Source: Eledone cirrhosa
Lineage: Eukaryota
DNA: 64,000 bases
Assembly: GCA_964016885.1 (NCBI GenBank)
Contig: OZ024745.1
Location: 69,316,001 to 69,380,000 of the forward strand
Reading direction: 5' to 3'
The translations under genes were made by a program, and so were the position numbers. The notes beneath the pieces were generated by a model. That model saw only the letters and a program-made list of their open reading frames with translations. It had not been told where the DNA came from and searched no databases. Below, in pieces: positions 40,915 to 55,680 of the stretch. Each line of letters begins with the position of its first letter. Within the stretch, counting starts at the first letter, position 1.

Positions 40915-42538
40915 ATATATCTACATAATAACACTACTACTAATAATGATGGTAATAATAACCTCTCCACCTAGTTTATACTCAGAGAGATATGTTGATA
41001 TGTTAGACATATCATCGAGCTGTCTTAGGAAATGGAAATGTAAAGATTATTATGTAACTTTAGAATACATACAGACCTCCAGCTAGTTTACAATGTATCT
41101 GACATCATTTACCATTACAAAAATGGCAGTAGTGTTTTAATAGATTACATAGCAATAGCCAATAGCTATAATGTGGTGCAAAAATGATCTGAAAAGCCGA
41201 AGAAAGATTTCAACTCAGCTATTGAATTAAATATAATACATCATGCCATTACGAAATATATACGTCATCTCTTTTGTAAATGATGCAACTGGAAGTATAG
41301 AGAAATCGCTTCTGGAGAAACATCGACATTTTATCTATATAGATAGGCCCTTTCAAGAAATCTGCCTTAATAAAGTGTGCATATGTTAGAACATTCTAAC
41401 AAAGGAATTGTTCACATTTTCGATATATTCATGTATAATGTCCAAAATGTTTTTTCTGGTTTACAAACGGAAATTCCAGTCGGATCCATCACATTAATAT
41501 TTTTAATAATAGCAATATCAACAATAACACTAACATCTCCATCAACAACAACAACAACAACAATAGTTTTTAATCTTGGCCTAAGGTCAGCAATTTCGAC
41601 CAAAGTTAGCTGACCATTCATTAGATTGAGTCTATAGCGTATGCATGTTATAACAACTATATCACTCTATGTGATGGAGCAGTATTTTTTGTGTGTCTTA
41701 TTTAAGCTTTGTAGATGTTGTTCGGAGCTGATGGGGCCTGTTTTTGCTTATATGGTTTTGCTATATTGAGAATATGGATTTGCCAGGATGGTGAGACCTA
41801 GTATTTAAATGCAACTTGGTCAGATTGTCTGCTGTTCATGTTGAGCGAACGGGACGATAATCGTTTTTTCTTTTAATATGAGTGATAATTTTATTTGATC
41901 CGTTGAAAGAGACAAGTTTGGTAAGACCGTTTTAGAGAAATAAGTGTAGGTAAAATCCATGTTCCTTTATATTGTGTGTGAATCATTCTTGAGATACATA
42001 TAAAAGTAAGAATTATAATATATACACACAGCATTATCAGTACAGGAATATTCCAAACGGAACCTCCACATTTCTTTTCTGCTAGGCGCAAAACATATTT
42101 TTCAATATTTGAAACGAAACGAAATTCAGATACATCTTTTATGTACTGACGGTCTCAATTTGTACGCTGAAGATGGCAAATAACTTGAAATACAGCTACA
42201 TGCAGTACATAGATTTATTATGAAAAATTAATTATTAAATGCGCCAAATCAACATTAAAGAGGGAAGAAAATTATTTCCAAATACGAATGTTGCGTTAGA
42301 TCAAGAAACAGAGCGAAAAGAGATGGACTAATAAGTAAGTAGGAAATTGTCTGATCTGACCTAGTTGGGGGAAATTTAGCGTTGTTTAGAGGTAATAACA
42401 TTTTCAAAGGGTTTTGTTTGTCTTTAAGTTTGACTTATAATTGACCGAAGTGCTATAGTTAGTGATTCTTTTATTTTCTGAGCTGGTTTTGAAGAATAGT
42501 CGCATTCTTAGGTAAGTAAGCCAGGATTTCATGGTTGA

Positions 42539-42539
<1 letters not shown>

Positions 42540-42620
<81 letters not shown>

Positions 42621-42741
42621 ACACACATACATACACATACATACACACACACACACACACATACACACACACACACACCCACCCACACCCACACCCACAC
42701 CCACCCACCCACACACACCCACACACCCACACACACACACA

Positions 42742-42809
<68 letters not shown>

Positions 42810-42810
42810 T
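42540..42810. repeat. (CA)n microsatellite
   Basis: Direct run. Confidence 0.95.
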
Positions 42811-43366
42811 ATATATAAATATATATATATGTATGTATGTATCTATATGTATCTATACATGTAAATTGCTATAATGTTATATGTGCGCATGGAAGAATAC
42901 TTTCCCAAGTTAGAACCGAACTTTAAAACTGGAAGAGAATAAAAGGAATATTTGAAAATGTCTACGAATGATACAAAGAAAGAGACGTAGGTCAGAAGTG
43001 GTGTATGATGATGAATTAATATATTCAGAAAATATTCCCAAAACAGTACATATATCATTGAATCGTATACATTTTTCTGAACACTATAAAATCTAACAGA
43101 ATTCTCTTAAAAGTCACATTAATGTTAGTAAATTATATTACATTGCTATAGAGTTTTATGTAACAATTTATGTGTGTGTATAAGAATATTTATATGTATA
43201 TACGCACACACAAAAAAGGTCTCTCACACACACAAATATATATATATATATACATATTGTTGCATGAAGAAAAAGTGCGAGTGAGAAATGTGAGCTCAGT
43301 TTGCTTGTGCACTTACAGATAGAAATATGAGGAGGAGAATTTTAAGTTTCACACATATACATATAT

Positions 43367-43449
<83 letters not shown>

Positions 43450-43756
43450 CATCGATACGCGCGCACACACAGACACAGACACACACATATATATATATAT
43501 ATATCAAGTATATCTCTTTTTTGTAGCCACATTTCCTTTGATATTAGACATGTTTCTATTCATGACAGTTAAATAGATCACGCGAATAGGAGAAAATCAC
43601 TTAGATACATTTGGGGAATAAGGTCAGTACTAAAAGAAATATGTAAATATATATATTCATTTGTTCTTGAATGTATGATTGTGTTTTATCTAATTTAAGT
43701 AGTAGTGAAACTGAAGAATATATTCCCACTATATCATCTGATGTATGTATGCATTC

Positions 43757-43809
<53 letters not shown>

Positions 43810-44168
43810 TACATATATATCTAGCTCTCTCGCTCTGTCTCTATATGTATATATATATATATATATATACACACACATATATACTTGTCTTTGTGTGATT
43901 ACGTGTGTACATGGGTGTAGGTCTGTGTTGAAAATACTCAACACATAGGACTGTAGCTTTCATATTACCAACCAAAGTAATGGTCAGTGCAATTCGCAGT
44001 AAGTACTGCTGGCGAAAATCTCAGTTTTGCACACTTACATGAACATAAACATACACACACATACACCCCATATATATAAATATGTGTGTGTGTGTGTGTG
44101 TGTATACAATATATATATATATACACACATATATATATATATATTATATATATATACATATATATATA

Positions 44169-44265
<97 letters not shown>

Positions 44266-44392
44266 ATAGTTTGTGAGTGTCATGTGCTGGAAATAAGAAC
44301 ACTCGCATCTGTTGGTTTCCACTTCAATCTATTATAAATTCCCTGTTGGTTAGTTTAATAACAAATTTGAATGAATATCATTCTTATTATTG

Positions 44393-44560
44393 TGGTTTGG
44401 CAGTACTGGTTGAGATTTGGACACCATGCTTTGTTGCATATAGTTACGTCCCTTTGCGTTCAAATGCCATCGTGGTTAGCTTTTCGTTTCACCCTTACAG
44501 AGTGGATAAAGTACAGTCCCAGCAATACACTGGGGTCGAATTAATTGAATTTCCCCTTAT
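44393..44560 (+). mobile_element. Degenerate SINE family A
   Basis: tggcagtactgg...ccatgctttgttgcatatagttac...gttcaaatgcc...cactggggtcga. Confidence 0.6.
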
Positions 44561-44803
44561 CCAAATCTATGTATCAAAGAGGATTCGCTCAAGGGATGAT
44601 ATAACTTGGCCATTGAAATACGTATAGTTTTTGTTGGCAACATTAAACTTTTAAAGCGATATTTCGAGTCCGACTTTCTGGTGTTTTAAATACATATATA
44701 ACCCCTTCTACTGCACCAGGCAGGGGTTTCAACATCTACAACGTGTGAGTAGCATAATATAGAGTGATTTTCTTACTATTCCATCATGTTAAAACACACA
44801 CAT

Positions 44804-44866
<63 letters not shown>

Positions 44867-45061
44867 CAAGTTTAAATGAATTGATATTACAAACATATAA
44901 AGGTAAAAACATTTTAAATGCCAATGTGATTTTATATTCTAGCGCTAGTTAGGTAAGAAATCAGTTAAGAATTAATTTTTGAGTTTCCAACCAGGGTAGT
45001 ACTACAATTTTACATATCTTATATATATGTAAACCAAAATTAACAGGGATTTTAATTAAGT

Positions 45062-47420
45062 CGTCCTCAACACCTCGAGGATGGTATCTCCTTATCAGGC
45101 GGTGACGCCGAACTCGAGCTCTTGGCGAGTCTGACTCCGTTTGTGAATCAGTTCTCTTCAGTGAACGTTCTCCCGTTCATCCGCCCACTGTTCTTCGGTG
45201 CGAAGCTATTTAGTCTCACCAAGCCCAACGAGCACCTGCGCCCCATTGCGGTTGGCTGCACTCTTCGCCGCCTCACTTCAAAGGCGTGTATGTTGCTGGA
45301 CTCCGACTCACTGGTGGAGGAATTTTCCCCCATCCAGCTGGGGGTCGGTACCAGGTTAGGATGTGAGACTGCTGGACACGCTGCCAGAGCATTTACCAAC
45401 TTGCTCTCCTCGTCCGCCAAGGTCATCCTCAAACTTGACCTCAGGAATGCCTTCAACTCCGTCAGCCGCGACATCGTCCTCGGCTTAGTAAGAGAGAGGG
45501 TCCTACAACTCTACCACTTTGCTTGGCAGGCTTATCGGGAGCCCTCCTACGTCTCTTTCGGTAACCAGATCATCACCTCTGCCTCAGGAGTTCAACAGGA
45601 TGACCCACTCGGGCCCGCACCGTTGGCACTGGGCATTGATGACGTCACCAAGATGGGGGTTGTGTTGGACTTTAATGGCTGGTACCTTGACGACGCCTGT
45701 TTGGGGGGAACTCCGGATATGGTTTTTGCCACTGCCAACAAAATGGTGGAGCAGCTTGGCCGCCGGGGTCTCCAGATCAATAGCTCCAAATGTGAGCTCT
45801 GGATCCTCAACCACCCGGCTTCTCAACACCAACAGCTGATCCACCTGTTCGCAGAGTCCTTCCCTTCACGCGAAACCTCACCCGTCGGTTTGGTACTCCA
45901 TAGGAGCCCCAATCACAGACTTGGCCTTCGAGTCAACCTTCCAATCGAAGATGGTTGGCATTGAGCAGCTGCTGAGGAATATCGATGTTATCGAACCCCA
46001 TCAAGGTTTATTCATACTCAGGAACTACCTATCTATTCCTAAGCTACTGTATCTGCTAAGGGTCAGCCCCTCCCACATATTTCCGTCCTGCCTCCAACGC
46101 TTCGACGACCTAATCTTCGAGAGACTCGCGTGTCTGGTCAATGTTAGACTCTCTCTGGAGTCCCGCGATAAGGCTGCGTTTCCCAAGCGATTTGCGGGTC
46201 TTGGTCTTCGTAAGTGTTCGTCCCTCTCTCTCCCCTGCTTCCTTTCCTCCACCCACGCATGCTCCATCCTGGTGAGCAGCATCCTCTCCTCTCCAACATG
46301 GACTAATTCCAACAGCGAATTTGGTGAAGCTCTCCAGCAATGGAGTGAGTTGGGCTTGTCTCTTCCTGAGAAAGTGGAGGACAGTCGAAGTCAGAGAGCT
46401 GGGGACAGCATAAGTTCGAAGGCCACCTTCGACTCCCTCTTCGTCAAGTCAGATCAGTTTGCAAGGTGCCGCTTACTATCTGCCACCGCCAAATACTCAG
46501 GCGACTGGGTCGATGTCCTACCCGTGGCCAACGTTGGTGGCCTACTCAGCCTGGACGCACTTCGTGTCTCCATCGCCCTCAGAGTGGGAGCTGACGTCTG
46601 CCTGGGTTTGAGGTGCCTCCACAGTCTTTCTTTCCGCCTGAATGCCGGCCGCTTCGCGCGTAACACAAAGCTAAACCTCATACTGAAGAGAGCTTTGGCA
46701 CGGGCGAATATCTCCTCAGTCTTGTAACCATCTGGGTTGTCCAGAAGTGACGACAAAAACCTGATGGTCTTACCCTGTGCCCCTGGTCGAGAGGCAGGTG
46801 CCTTGTCTGGGACGTCCCTGTTAGTGACTCTTTTGCGCTTTCCCACATCATGGATGCTGCGGTTAGGACGAGACTCACAGCTTCTGCAGCCGAGCGGAGT
46901 AAGACCCTCAAATACTCTGATCTGTCGGCCAGCTACACTTTTCAGCCTGTGACTTTCGAGACGTTTGGGGGAGTCGGGCCGCTGACTGCGAGGTTCCTTT
47001 CTTCATTGGCGGCTCGCCTAATAGAGGTGACTGGCGAATCTCGTGAGAGTGCTTGGCTGTTTCAGCGCATTAGCCTCGCCATCACCCGAGGCAACGCTGC
47101 GAGTGTGCTGGCTTGCCTCAAAATTCATTAGAGAGGTTGCCCAGTACTCGCGACGTTGCTGTCTTTTGCTCTGGCGTTGCCTCCGTTGTTCACCCCTTCC
47201 TTTACATTTTCTTTAATATTGTAGCATTGAAGGAATATATCTTTCATTGTATCATCCTTTGTAGTGTTACGAGGCATTTGTAATGTTATTTACGTATATA
47301 TTTAAAACATATTTGTTGTCATTCTACTGTAAATGTATTTATATCCTGTTTATATTTTCATTCTGAAGGAATTGCAAACGATTAGTTATGTTGTTTATAT
47401 ATATAATAAAACAATTCTCT
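45062..47420 (+). mobile_element. CRE-like non-LTR retrotransposon (RT plus restriction-like endonuclease), 5'-truncated and mutated
   Basis: LRPIAVGCTLRRL, QLGVG, LKLDLRNAFNSVSR, GVQQDDPLGP, WYLDD; C-terminal AAERSKTLKY...FQPVTFETFGGVGP...FQRISLAITRGNA; aataaa near 47405. Confidence 0.85.
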
Positions 47421-47426
47421 GTTATA

Positions 47427-47905
47427 TATATATTAAAGCAACAGATTAAACTTTAAGCAAAGAATCGCTGCTTCCACCCTTAACGGGATATTCTGAAACT
47501 AAAAAAATCAATCTGTGACCGCCGAAGTAAATATTTCGAAAAACGTTGCAAACGAAGGAGGACAGGAAGATGATACTTTGGTTCGTGGAAACGTTCTCTG
47601 GCAAAGAATGGAAAAAACGAAGATAATACGTCATTATTTGGAGCGGTCAAAACAATTAAACGCAAAGACAAAACCACGTTTATATTATAAATGAAGTCGT
47701 AGACTAATATTCTATTAGGTGGTTCGTGGAGACGTTCTCTGGCAACGGAGTGAAAACACGTTTCCACGAACCAAAGTATCATCTTCCTGTCTTCCTTCGG
47801 TTGCAATGTTTTTCGAAATATTTACTTCTGCGTTCACAGATTGATTTTTTTAGCTTCAGAATTGAAAGAAGCGATCCTTTGCTTAAACTCTGTTATTTTA
47901 ATAAA
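47427..47905. mobile_element. Inverted-repeat element (arms of about 150 bp) next to a TA run
   Basis: 47427-47594 is the reverse complement of 47758-47905 with indels; internal 25-bp direct repeat at 47580-47604 and 47721-47745. Confidence 0.8.
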
Positions 47906-48014
47906 TATTTGCACTACGGTTATTATATATTTGATAATATTATCCTTATCGAGCACTCTTTGGATTTTAGTCTTCAAATTTATTATTATTACTATATATA
48001 TACACACACAAAAA

Positions 48015-48059
<45 letters not shown>

Positions 48060-48337
48060 ATGTCTAGGGCGGGTAAAATTCCCGGGATGGTTCTTTTCAG
48101 TGGCGATAATACCTTACCGGCCTCACTCGAATAAGGTAATTATTTAACCCATGGGGCCCTAACAGGAACCACTACTCCGGGCCAGAGCATACCTTGGAGT
48201 CATGACAACTAAGGGGCAATTCCACATCCTCCAAAGCTTCTGAACTCCCGAAGTTGAGACTTGCCTCTGGATGGAGTTTAATGTCATATCCAGGACATAT
48301 ATCCAGCACATAATGTCATACCCAGGTTACAAATACC

Positions 48338-48408
<71 letters not shown>

Positions 48409-48409
48409 C

Positions 48410-48499
48410 AGGAACAAGTATGATCCCGACGGCAGAGCTCAAGCCGTCTCGACGGCTATTTCTGGTCAGAAATAGCCGTCGAAACGGCTTGAGCACTGC
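48410..48499 (+). mobile_element. Hairpin element family H, copy B (truncated, no tail)
   Basis: Same arms as 32019; turn reads ctatttctg-gt-cagaaatag. Confidence 0.82.
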
Positions 48500-48549
48500 A
48501 GAATACATGTACACACACACACATATATATCTATATATCTATATATCTA

Positions 48550-48589
<40 letters not shown>

Positions 48590-48593
<4 letters not shown>

Positions 48594-49016
48594 AAAGAAT
48601 AGAGGTGTAACACACAAGTTATTATATATTGGTAAACGGAATAGAAAATGCTGACAAATTGTTCACAGTTGAAAAATGGTTTAATTAGGAATAAAAGAGT
48701 ATTAGTGATTGTATGGGTTAGTATTCAGTTGTGGTTTTAAGTGTTTAAGTTTTTACCGGTTGCGCATTTCTAAATGCTTTTCAAAAATAATTTTGAGATA
48801 GAGTGTCCGTGCTGTTTGCTCTGATCAGAGAAAACAGCACGGACACTCTATCTCAAAATTATTTTTGAAAAGCATTTAGAAATGCGCAACCGGTAAAAAC
48901 TTAAAAACTTAAAACCACAACTGAATACTAACCCATACAATCACTAATACTCTTTTATTCCTAATTAAACCATTTTTCAACTGTGAACAATTTGTCAGCA
49001 TTTTCTATTCCGTTTA

Positions 49017-49020
<4 letters not shown>
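48590..49020. mobile_element. Spacer-less 392-bp palindrome plus 33-nt tail in (TA)n
   Basis: Arms 48629-48824 and 48825-49020, centre ctctga|tcagag, two mismatches seen; tail 48590-48622. Confidence 0.9.
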
Positions 49021-49060
<40 letters not shown>

Positions 49061-49107
49061 CACACACCCCAAAACACACACACACACTATATATATATAT
49101 ATATATA

Positions 49108-49303
49108 TAGGAAAATGTTTGACCCCGACGGCAGAGATCAAGCCGTTTCGACGACTATTTCAGGAGTCCTGAAATAGCCGTCGAAACGGCTTGAGCTCTG
49201 CCGTCAGGGTCATACTTTTTCCTATTACCCACTCTACTACCCTAAGTAGTGAGTACTTTGGTGCATTATGGTCCATCTGGTTCCTTACCAGAATTCCTTC
49301 GTT
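49108..49303 (+). mobile_element. Hairpin-plus-tail element family H, copy C
   Basis: Arms meet at tatttcagg-agt-cctgaaata; tail 49225-49303 is homologous to 32129-32210. Confidence 0.85.
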
Positions 49304-49569
49304 ATATATATATAAAACTAAGCCACACTGACAGTTATATTTCTTTTAGTTGGATAGAATATTTCCTTAATAGCTCATGGCTACAATGAACGAACTTTAG
49401 TAAATTCGATCAACATCTGAATTCAGCAAACAATAGTCTCGATAAATCACATTGCCCCGTTTTCAAAAATTGAATTTCCTAACATATCTGTCATCTTGAA
49501 CTATATACTAGCACTATACATACATAGACACACATAAACACAGATAAACACACGTAAACACATATACAA

Positions 49570-49960
<391 letters not shown>

Positions 49961-51337
49961 GCGTACACACACGTATATATACACATTAATAAATGCACAC
50001 TATTACATCCACACACAATCTCATATACATACATAGCCATCACAGTATTCTTCAATCTAAGAGATACACCTGCAACCGTAAAAGTTAATATAATAACATA
50101 ATTAAAAAGGAAAACTTCTTTAGGCATTCTATTAATCTCTGAATCATTTCTCGTATTTATAAAGATTTTCATTTCAAGAAGAAATTAAAGGTGTCTTTGT
50201 TAGCATCTGCAGTAGATTTAGTATTCTGAGCTAGTATTGTTTCTTTTACCAAAGAATTATATATTGAAAACCCCAGCTCAGGCCATAGCTCACCATAATA
50301 CCGTAACTGAAAAGTCCCATTCGAATGCGCACACCGGGCTACGACATGCAGTCCCTTATGCATGCCAGCCATACACCCCTCTTGAGGGTCACCAATGGAA
50401 AGGTAAAATCAGGTAGGACTTGGACCACTTGTCTCCGCAATATTTCCCCCCATCCGTATCACTTTAAGCAGCATGTAATAAGGTCTCCTTCTCAAGGAGA
50501 CAACAGGCCAACCGTTCTGGGATTGGAATACATCATTTTACGATCATTACATTAACCACAACTGGCTTTTTAGAGTTGAACATATATGCACTTCTGGTAT
50601 GTTCCTCACAAACATAGGCCTCTACAATGAATTTTAAATCATATTATTATATTCAAGAATTGATCAAGTGGCTAACCCCTCCTATATACGTAACCAATGC
50701 TGAATTAGATAAAGGTGAAAGCTGACACAGCTTGCTACCATAGTTGTTACAGTAATAACAAGCAGAACTCGAAGATTGATAACAAATAACGCCAATAACT
50801 TTGTCTAAAGCTTTAAAAGTTCAACTAACCTAGTGCATAATCAGCGGAGCAGAAATTGAAAGCGATTTCTACTGACGCTGTAATGATTTTGGCAATTATC
50901 TGTCTTAAATATTATATCTTACTTCCATGAACCATCAAACTTTGATAACTATTTAAGGTATGGCGGAGTTTATCTCAATTCGAGCGAAGAAGAAACAACC
51001 CAGTATTTGGAATAATACCAGATATTAAAGAGGCACGGTATAGAGAGTTAGTCTGTATACAAATTAATAATAGCTATTATGTTCTGAAATTATATATAAC
51101 TAAGTCCACACCAGATATGGTTGACCAATCACTAATGTCTATTGTCATTTAGAAAGAACAACACATATCGTTTCATATTCTGGCAACTAGTGACGCAGTG
51201 AATTGGCAGAGAAGCATCTTGTGAACATGCAGTCGTAATACCTCCAGATTAAATACTTCGGTATGTGTTCAGGATCACTATTCAAATTCCGCTGAGGTCA
51301 ACGTTACCTGTCCTCAATATATAATTAATCGTATTGG

Positions 51338-51452
51338 TTCTTCTTCTTCTTCTTCTTCTTCTTCTTCTTCTTCTTCTTCTTCTTCGTTGTTTTCTTCTTC
51401 TTCTTCTTCTTCTTCTTCTTCTTCTTCTTCTTCTTCTTCTTCTTCTTCTTCT

Positions 51453-51485
<33 letters not shown>

Positions 51486-51497
51486 CCTCCTCCTCTC
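51338..51497. repeat. (CTT)n microsatellite
   Basis: Direct run. Confidence 0.95.
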
Positions 51498-51684
51498 TTT
51501 ATGGAAGAAATATGTTTTATATAGCTATGACGTCAAAATATCCACCGTGTTTAAAATGCCAGTCTGGTGTTGATATCTCATAGGCAGTAGATAAAGTTTT
51601 CAATAGAGTCGGTTTTCAGAATCAATAGAATGTCGGTGAATTAACTTATGATGTGGTCCATGCATGCATATCTCGCTCTCTCCC

Positions 51685-51728
<44 letters not shown>

Positions 51729-51734
51729 CTCTGT

Positions 51735-51803
<69 letters not shown>

Positions 51804-52255
51804 GATGGTGAGTAATATTGTAGAACAATAAAACTATGCATATATCAGATAAGTAGCACTAAACAATTGGTAGAACTGGAGTATATATTAAAGAAGAAAT
51901 TAAAAATTAAATAATAATTAAATAGTATGCCCCACATATATGAATTTTTAATAGAAATTTTTAATTTTGACATAGATAGAGTATTTTATTTTTTTATTTT
52001 ATTTTAGTTTATTTTATATAAAAATCTTTTTTTATACTTATTTTAATTTAATTTAATTTTATTTTATTAATACATTTTTACTCTTCTTAATCCATGTTTT
52101 AGTATTTAAACACAATATAAAATAATTTACCCAGTTTCTATATTTTAGACCTCTAATATCTGAATACCATCTATATTATTCGCACAAACACCTCATCAAT
52201 TTACGTTTTAACCGTTATCTACAGCTGTTTTCATTTTGACAGCGTCCCTGATCAA

Positions 52256-52314
<59 letters not shown>

Positions 52315-52528
52315 TCTCTCTCCCTTTCTCTTTCTCTCTCTTCCTTCTTTCTTTTTTCTTTTTTTCTTCTTTTCTTTTTTCCTCTCCTCACTTTCTTTTT
52401 CTTTTTTCTCATTCTTCTTTTCGTTTTTTCTATTTTCCTATCTTTTTCTTACTATTATATTTTCTGTCATATGCAGGTTTTGCACTTTCCTGTTAACAAG
52501 TGTTTTTAGGCCTCATATCATGTTACCT

Positions 52529-52598
52529 TATTTTATGTGATGAGAACACAATTTTGGTCCCAGGTGAATGTTGTTTTCGAAATGCGCATAATAAAATA
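52529..52598 (+). ncRNA. Hammerhead relic (C3G), same family as 63024-63094
   Basis: UAUUUUAU GUGAUGA GAACA...UGUUUUC GAAA UGCGCA UA AUAAAAUA; flanks 52500-52637 are homologous to 62995-63125 and end at (TA)n. Confidence 0.65.
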
Positions 52599-52630
52599 TA
52601 GGGAACTTCTTTAACCATCTTTTAATTTTT

Positions 52631-52668
<38 letters not shown>

Positions 52669-52674
<6 letters not shown>

Positions 52675-52776
52675 AAAGAATGAAGAATAATATGGTCGGC
52701 TGTACAAAAAGGGTTTATTTTGTTAAATAGACCCCTTTTGTAAAGCTGACCACGTTATTCTTCATTCTTTTACTAT
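52669..52776. repeat. 52-bp-arm hairpin at the edge of (TA)n
   Basis: Arms 52669-52720 and 52725-52776, 4-nt loop, several mismatches. Confidence 0.85.
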
Positions 52777-53389
52777 TATTACTCCAAGAACCACCTTACT
52801 GGGAGCTCTCTTAAGCTGGCCACCTGACTAAGGAAACTTCTTGTTGAGTCGAACAAGGCCGTACGTTAAAACTAACCTCAACACATAGAACTCACAACAT
52901 CTAACTGGATTACCTTAAACGATACCTTGTTATCCTATATCGTGTCGCTATGATACTTCCTCAGTCAAAAACTGCTGGAATTTCAAATTTGGCGGTCATT
53001 CGAGGCGAGAAGGAGCAACTTAACAGACACGATTTTTGACTGCGGTAAGAAGATTTTCTTCTTATATCAAAGTTTAATGGGCTTCCACTGATGATTTATA
53101 AGCTACCACTTAAATATATTCTTACATGAATGTATATTAGGCTTCTACATGAACTGGAAATATTCTCCCAACTTGTAGAAGACTTATAATGAAACAATTG
53201 TTTGGAAAGAGAGATATACTTTAACTTTAATTATATCTCATAAAATAATACAACTGGTTTTTCCACATTATACATATTGTTAGCACCCCACACACTTAAA
53301 TTGGGTTTATATTTAAATATAAGCTAATGTTTGTTGAGTGAGATGGTTACCAGTCAGAGTTTAGCTTTAAACTATCTCTGTTATTGTAT

Positions 53390-53549
<160 letters not shown>

Positions 53550-53684
53550 CACATACACACATATATATATATATATATATATAAGTATTGAAGTTTCTGT
53601 TGAAAATTGAAAAAGTCATAGGAGTGAAAAGTGGTCTATGTAAGTTACAGAGCTAAATTTAATGTATAATAAACAATACAATAT

Positions 53685-53762
53685 AATTACCTCATTACCA
53701 GAGGTTTCCCGAATAAGACAAATACAAGAAACGTCCTCATTCGTTCGTCAGACAAGGCAATT
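53685..53762 (-). ncRNA. Type I hammerhead with long stems I and II (P3, left arm)
   Basis: AAUUGCCUUGU CUGACGA A CGAAUGAGGAC...GUCUUAUUCG G GAAACC UCU GGUA^AUGAGGUAAUU; stem I is 11 bp including GU pairs. Confidence 0.75.
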
Positions 53763-55056
53763 TAAAAGATAGTGAAATATTTGAAAAATCTCCTCAAGAA
53801 AGGCAAAAGTTTAATGGGCAAAAAAATATATAAATAAAAGTAATGAGATATATAAAAAAATTAAATAAGGAAATATAGTAAAAGTATGTGTATAAATGTG
53901 TGTATATGCACCTACAAATGCACATATGTGTGTATGTACAAATGCATGTGTATAGAGAAAGATTGTGTGCGTAAGAACATATATGAGGGCAAGCATATCA
54001 GTGTATGTGTGACCACAAATACGTATATAATATATGTTGAAAAAAGAAATTGTAAGATAATAGAGTTAACGTACATACAGACTCAGGGACTAAGGATTGA
54101 AATATATACACATACAAGTATGAAAGCACGCGTATAAACACACACACACACGCGCAACGACATACATGCAAGTGATATTATACAGGGAAGGAAGAGTATC
54201 AGTCAAAGCAGTGTCAGGCTGAAGGTCGATAAATATATAAAAAATATAAAATATGAACATGAAAAAATGACAAAATATATGATATAAAAAAAAATTAAAT
54301 CAAAGAGAAAGTAAGAGGGAGAGGTTATCAATTATAAAGTAACACTAGAAAAAATAGAAAACATACATAGGTTCGTACACACACATATATATATATAAAT
54401 ATATATATAAATACGTACAGACAAAAGCACATACATGCGTACATACATACAAAAGCGCGCATACATACACACGAATCACATATATATATATACATACATG
54501 TACATCTAATCACACGCACGCACGCGACCATATATATATATTTACACATATATATACATATATATATATGTATATATATATAAACATATACACACGCACA
54601 CATATATATAAGTATGTAAAAAACATAGATATAAAAACACACATACACACACACATATACACATACACGCGCACATACGAATGCATTTGTATACATATAC
54701 AAACACGTATACACACACATGCACACTTACACGCATACATACAATATAAAAACCAGCCGTATGAATAAATGAGTACAAATTATACGCAAGTAAACATACA
54801 TAAAAGCGGCTGAGGGACAACAGAATACATGTGGAGTTGAAAACACAAGTGACATGTCATATCAGGTAGTGAAAGAAAAGGGCGAAGTGAAATATGTAAA
54901 ATGTTGAAGATATAAAGTAAGTGAATCAAAAAAGCAGGGCGGGGGGGGGGTTTACTGGTGGATGTGAAGTAAAAAAAAGTTAAAAATAAAAATAAAAGTA
55001 AATTAGAAAGAGAAGTCTGTAAAAAGGGTAATTTAAGGTAAGTGAAGAACAAGAGT

Positions 55057-55680
55057 TTATGGAGGATAATTATCTGAAAGTGAGTTAAGTTTATATGAGC
55101 TGGAAAGCAAGCGTGATTTCATGTGTGGGCAACTGGTGAACATTTCTGTTTTTGCATTTAGGCAGGTTTTTGGTGATTTAAGGCTCTGTAAAATCCAATA
55201 TTTTTTAATTATGCAGAGTGCGCATCTTCCTGTTCCTCTTGCATATTCTTTAGATTGGTTCAAAATTGTCCAATCTAATTTATATTGGATACCTTGGTCT
55301 TTCAAATCCCATATTCTGCTAGCCAGAGCTGTTGTAAATCTTTTTTCAGGATGTCGGAAAGATCCGACATATGAGTAATAACGCGTTTTGAATTTGTCTT
55401 GTGTCATACCCACATATCGTTCGCTGGTTGTTGGTAGGTTGTTGCTGGTGGTTGTCACTTTAGCCGCATATACAATGGCTTTGGTGTTGCATTTACATTG
55501 TAATGGGCATTTACTTTTGACTCTACATGAGCAATTTTGATGTTCTCTGGGTATTTTCTTATTGAGGATATAATATTTAATAGGGGGAGCGCAGGGGTAG
55601 CTGATTTTGACACAGTTTCTATTGAAGATCTTATAGTATCTATGTGTTTTAGGGAAATGTTTATCTAAGAGCTCTAGCAA
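55057..55680 (-). pseudogene. PLE linker plus GIY-YIG endonuclease fragment
   Basis: LLDKHFPK.HRYYKIFNRNCVKISY...CSCRVKSKCPLQCKC...IVYAAKV...YVGMTQDKFKTRY...CALC. Confidence 0.88.

Noticed and set aside
42167-42200. ctgaagatggcaaataacttgaaatacagcta
   Set aside because: Core-like words are present but there is no convincing stem II or stem III.
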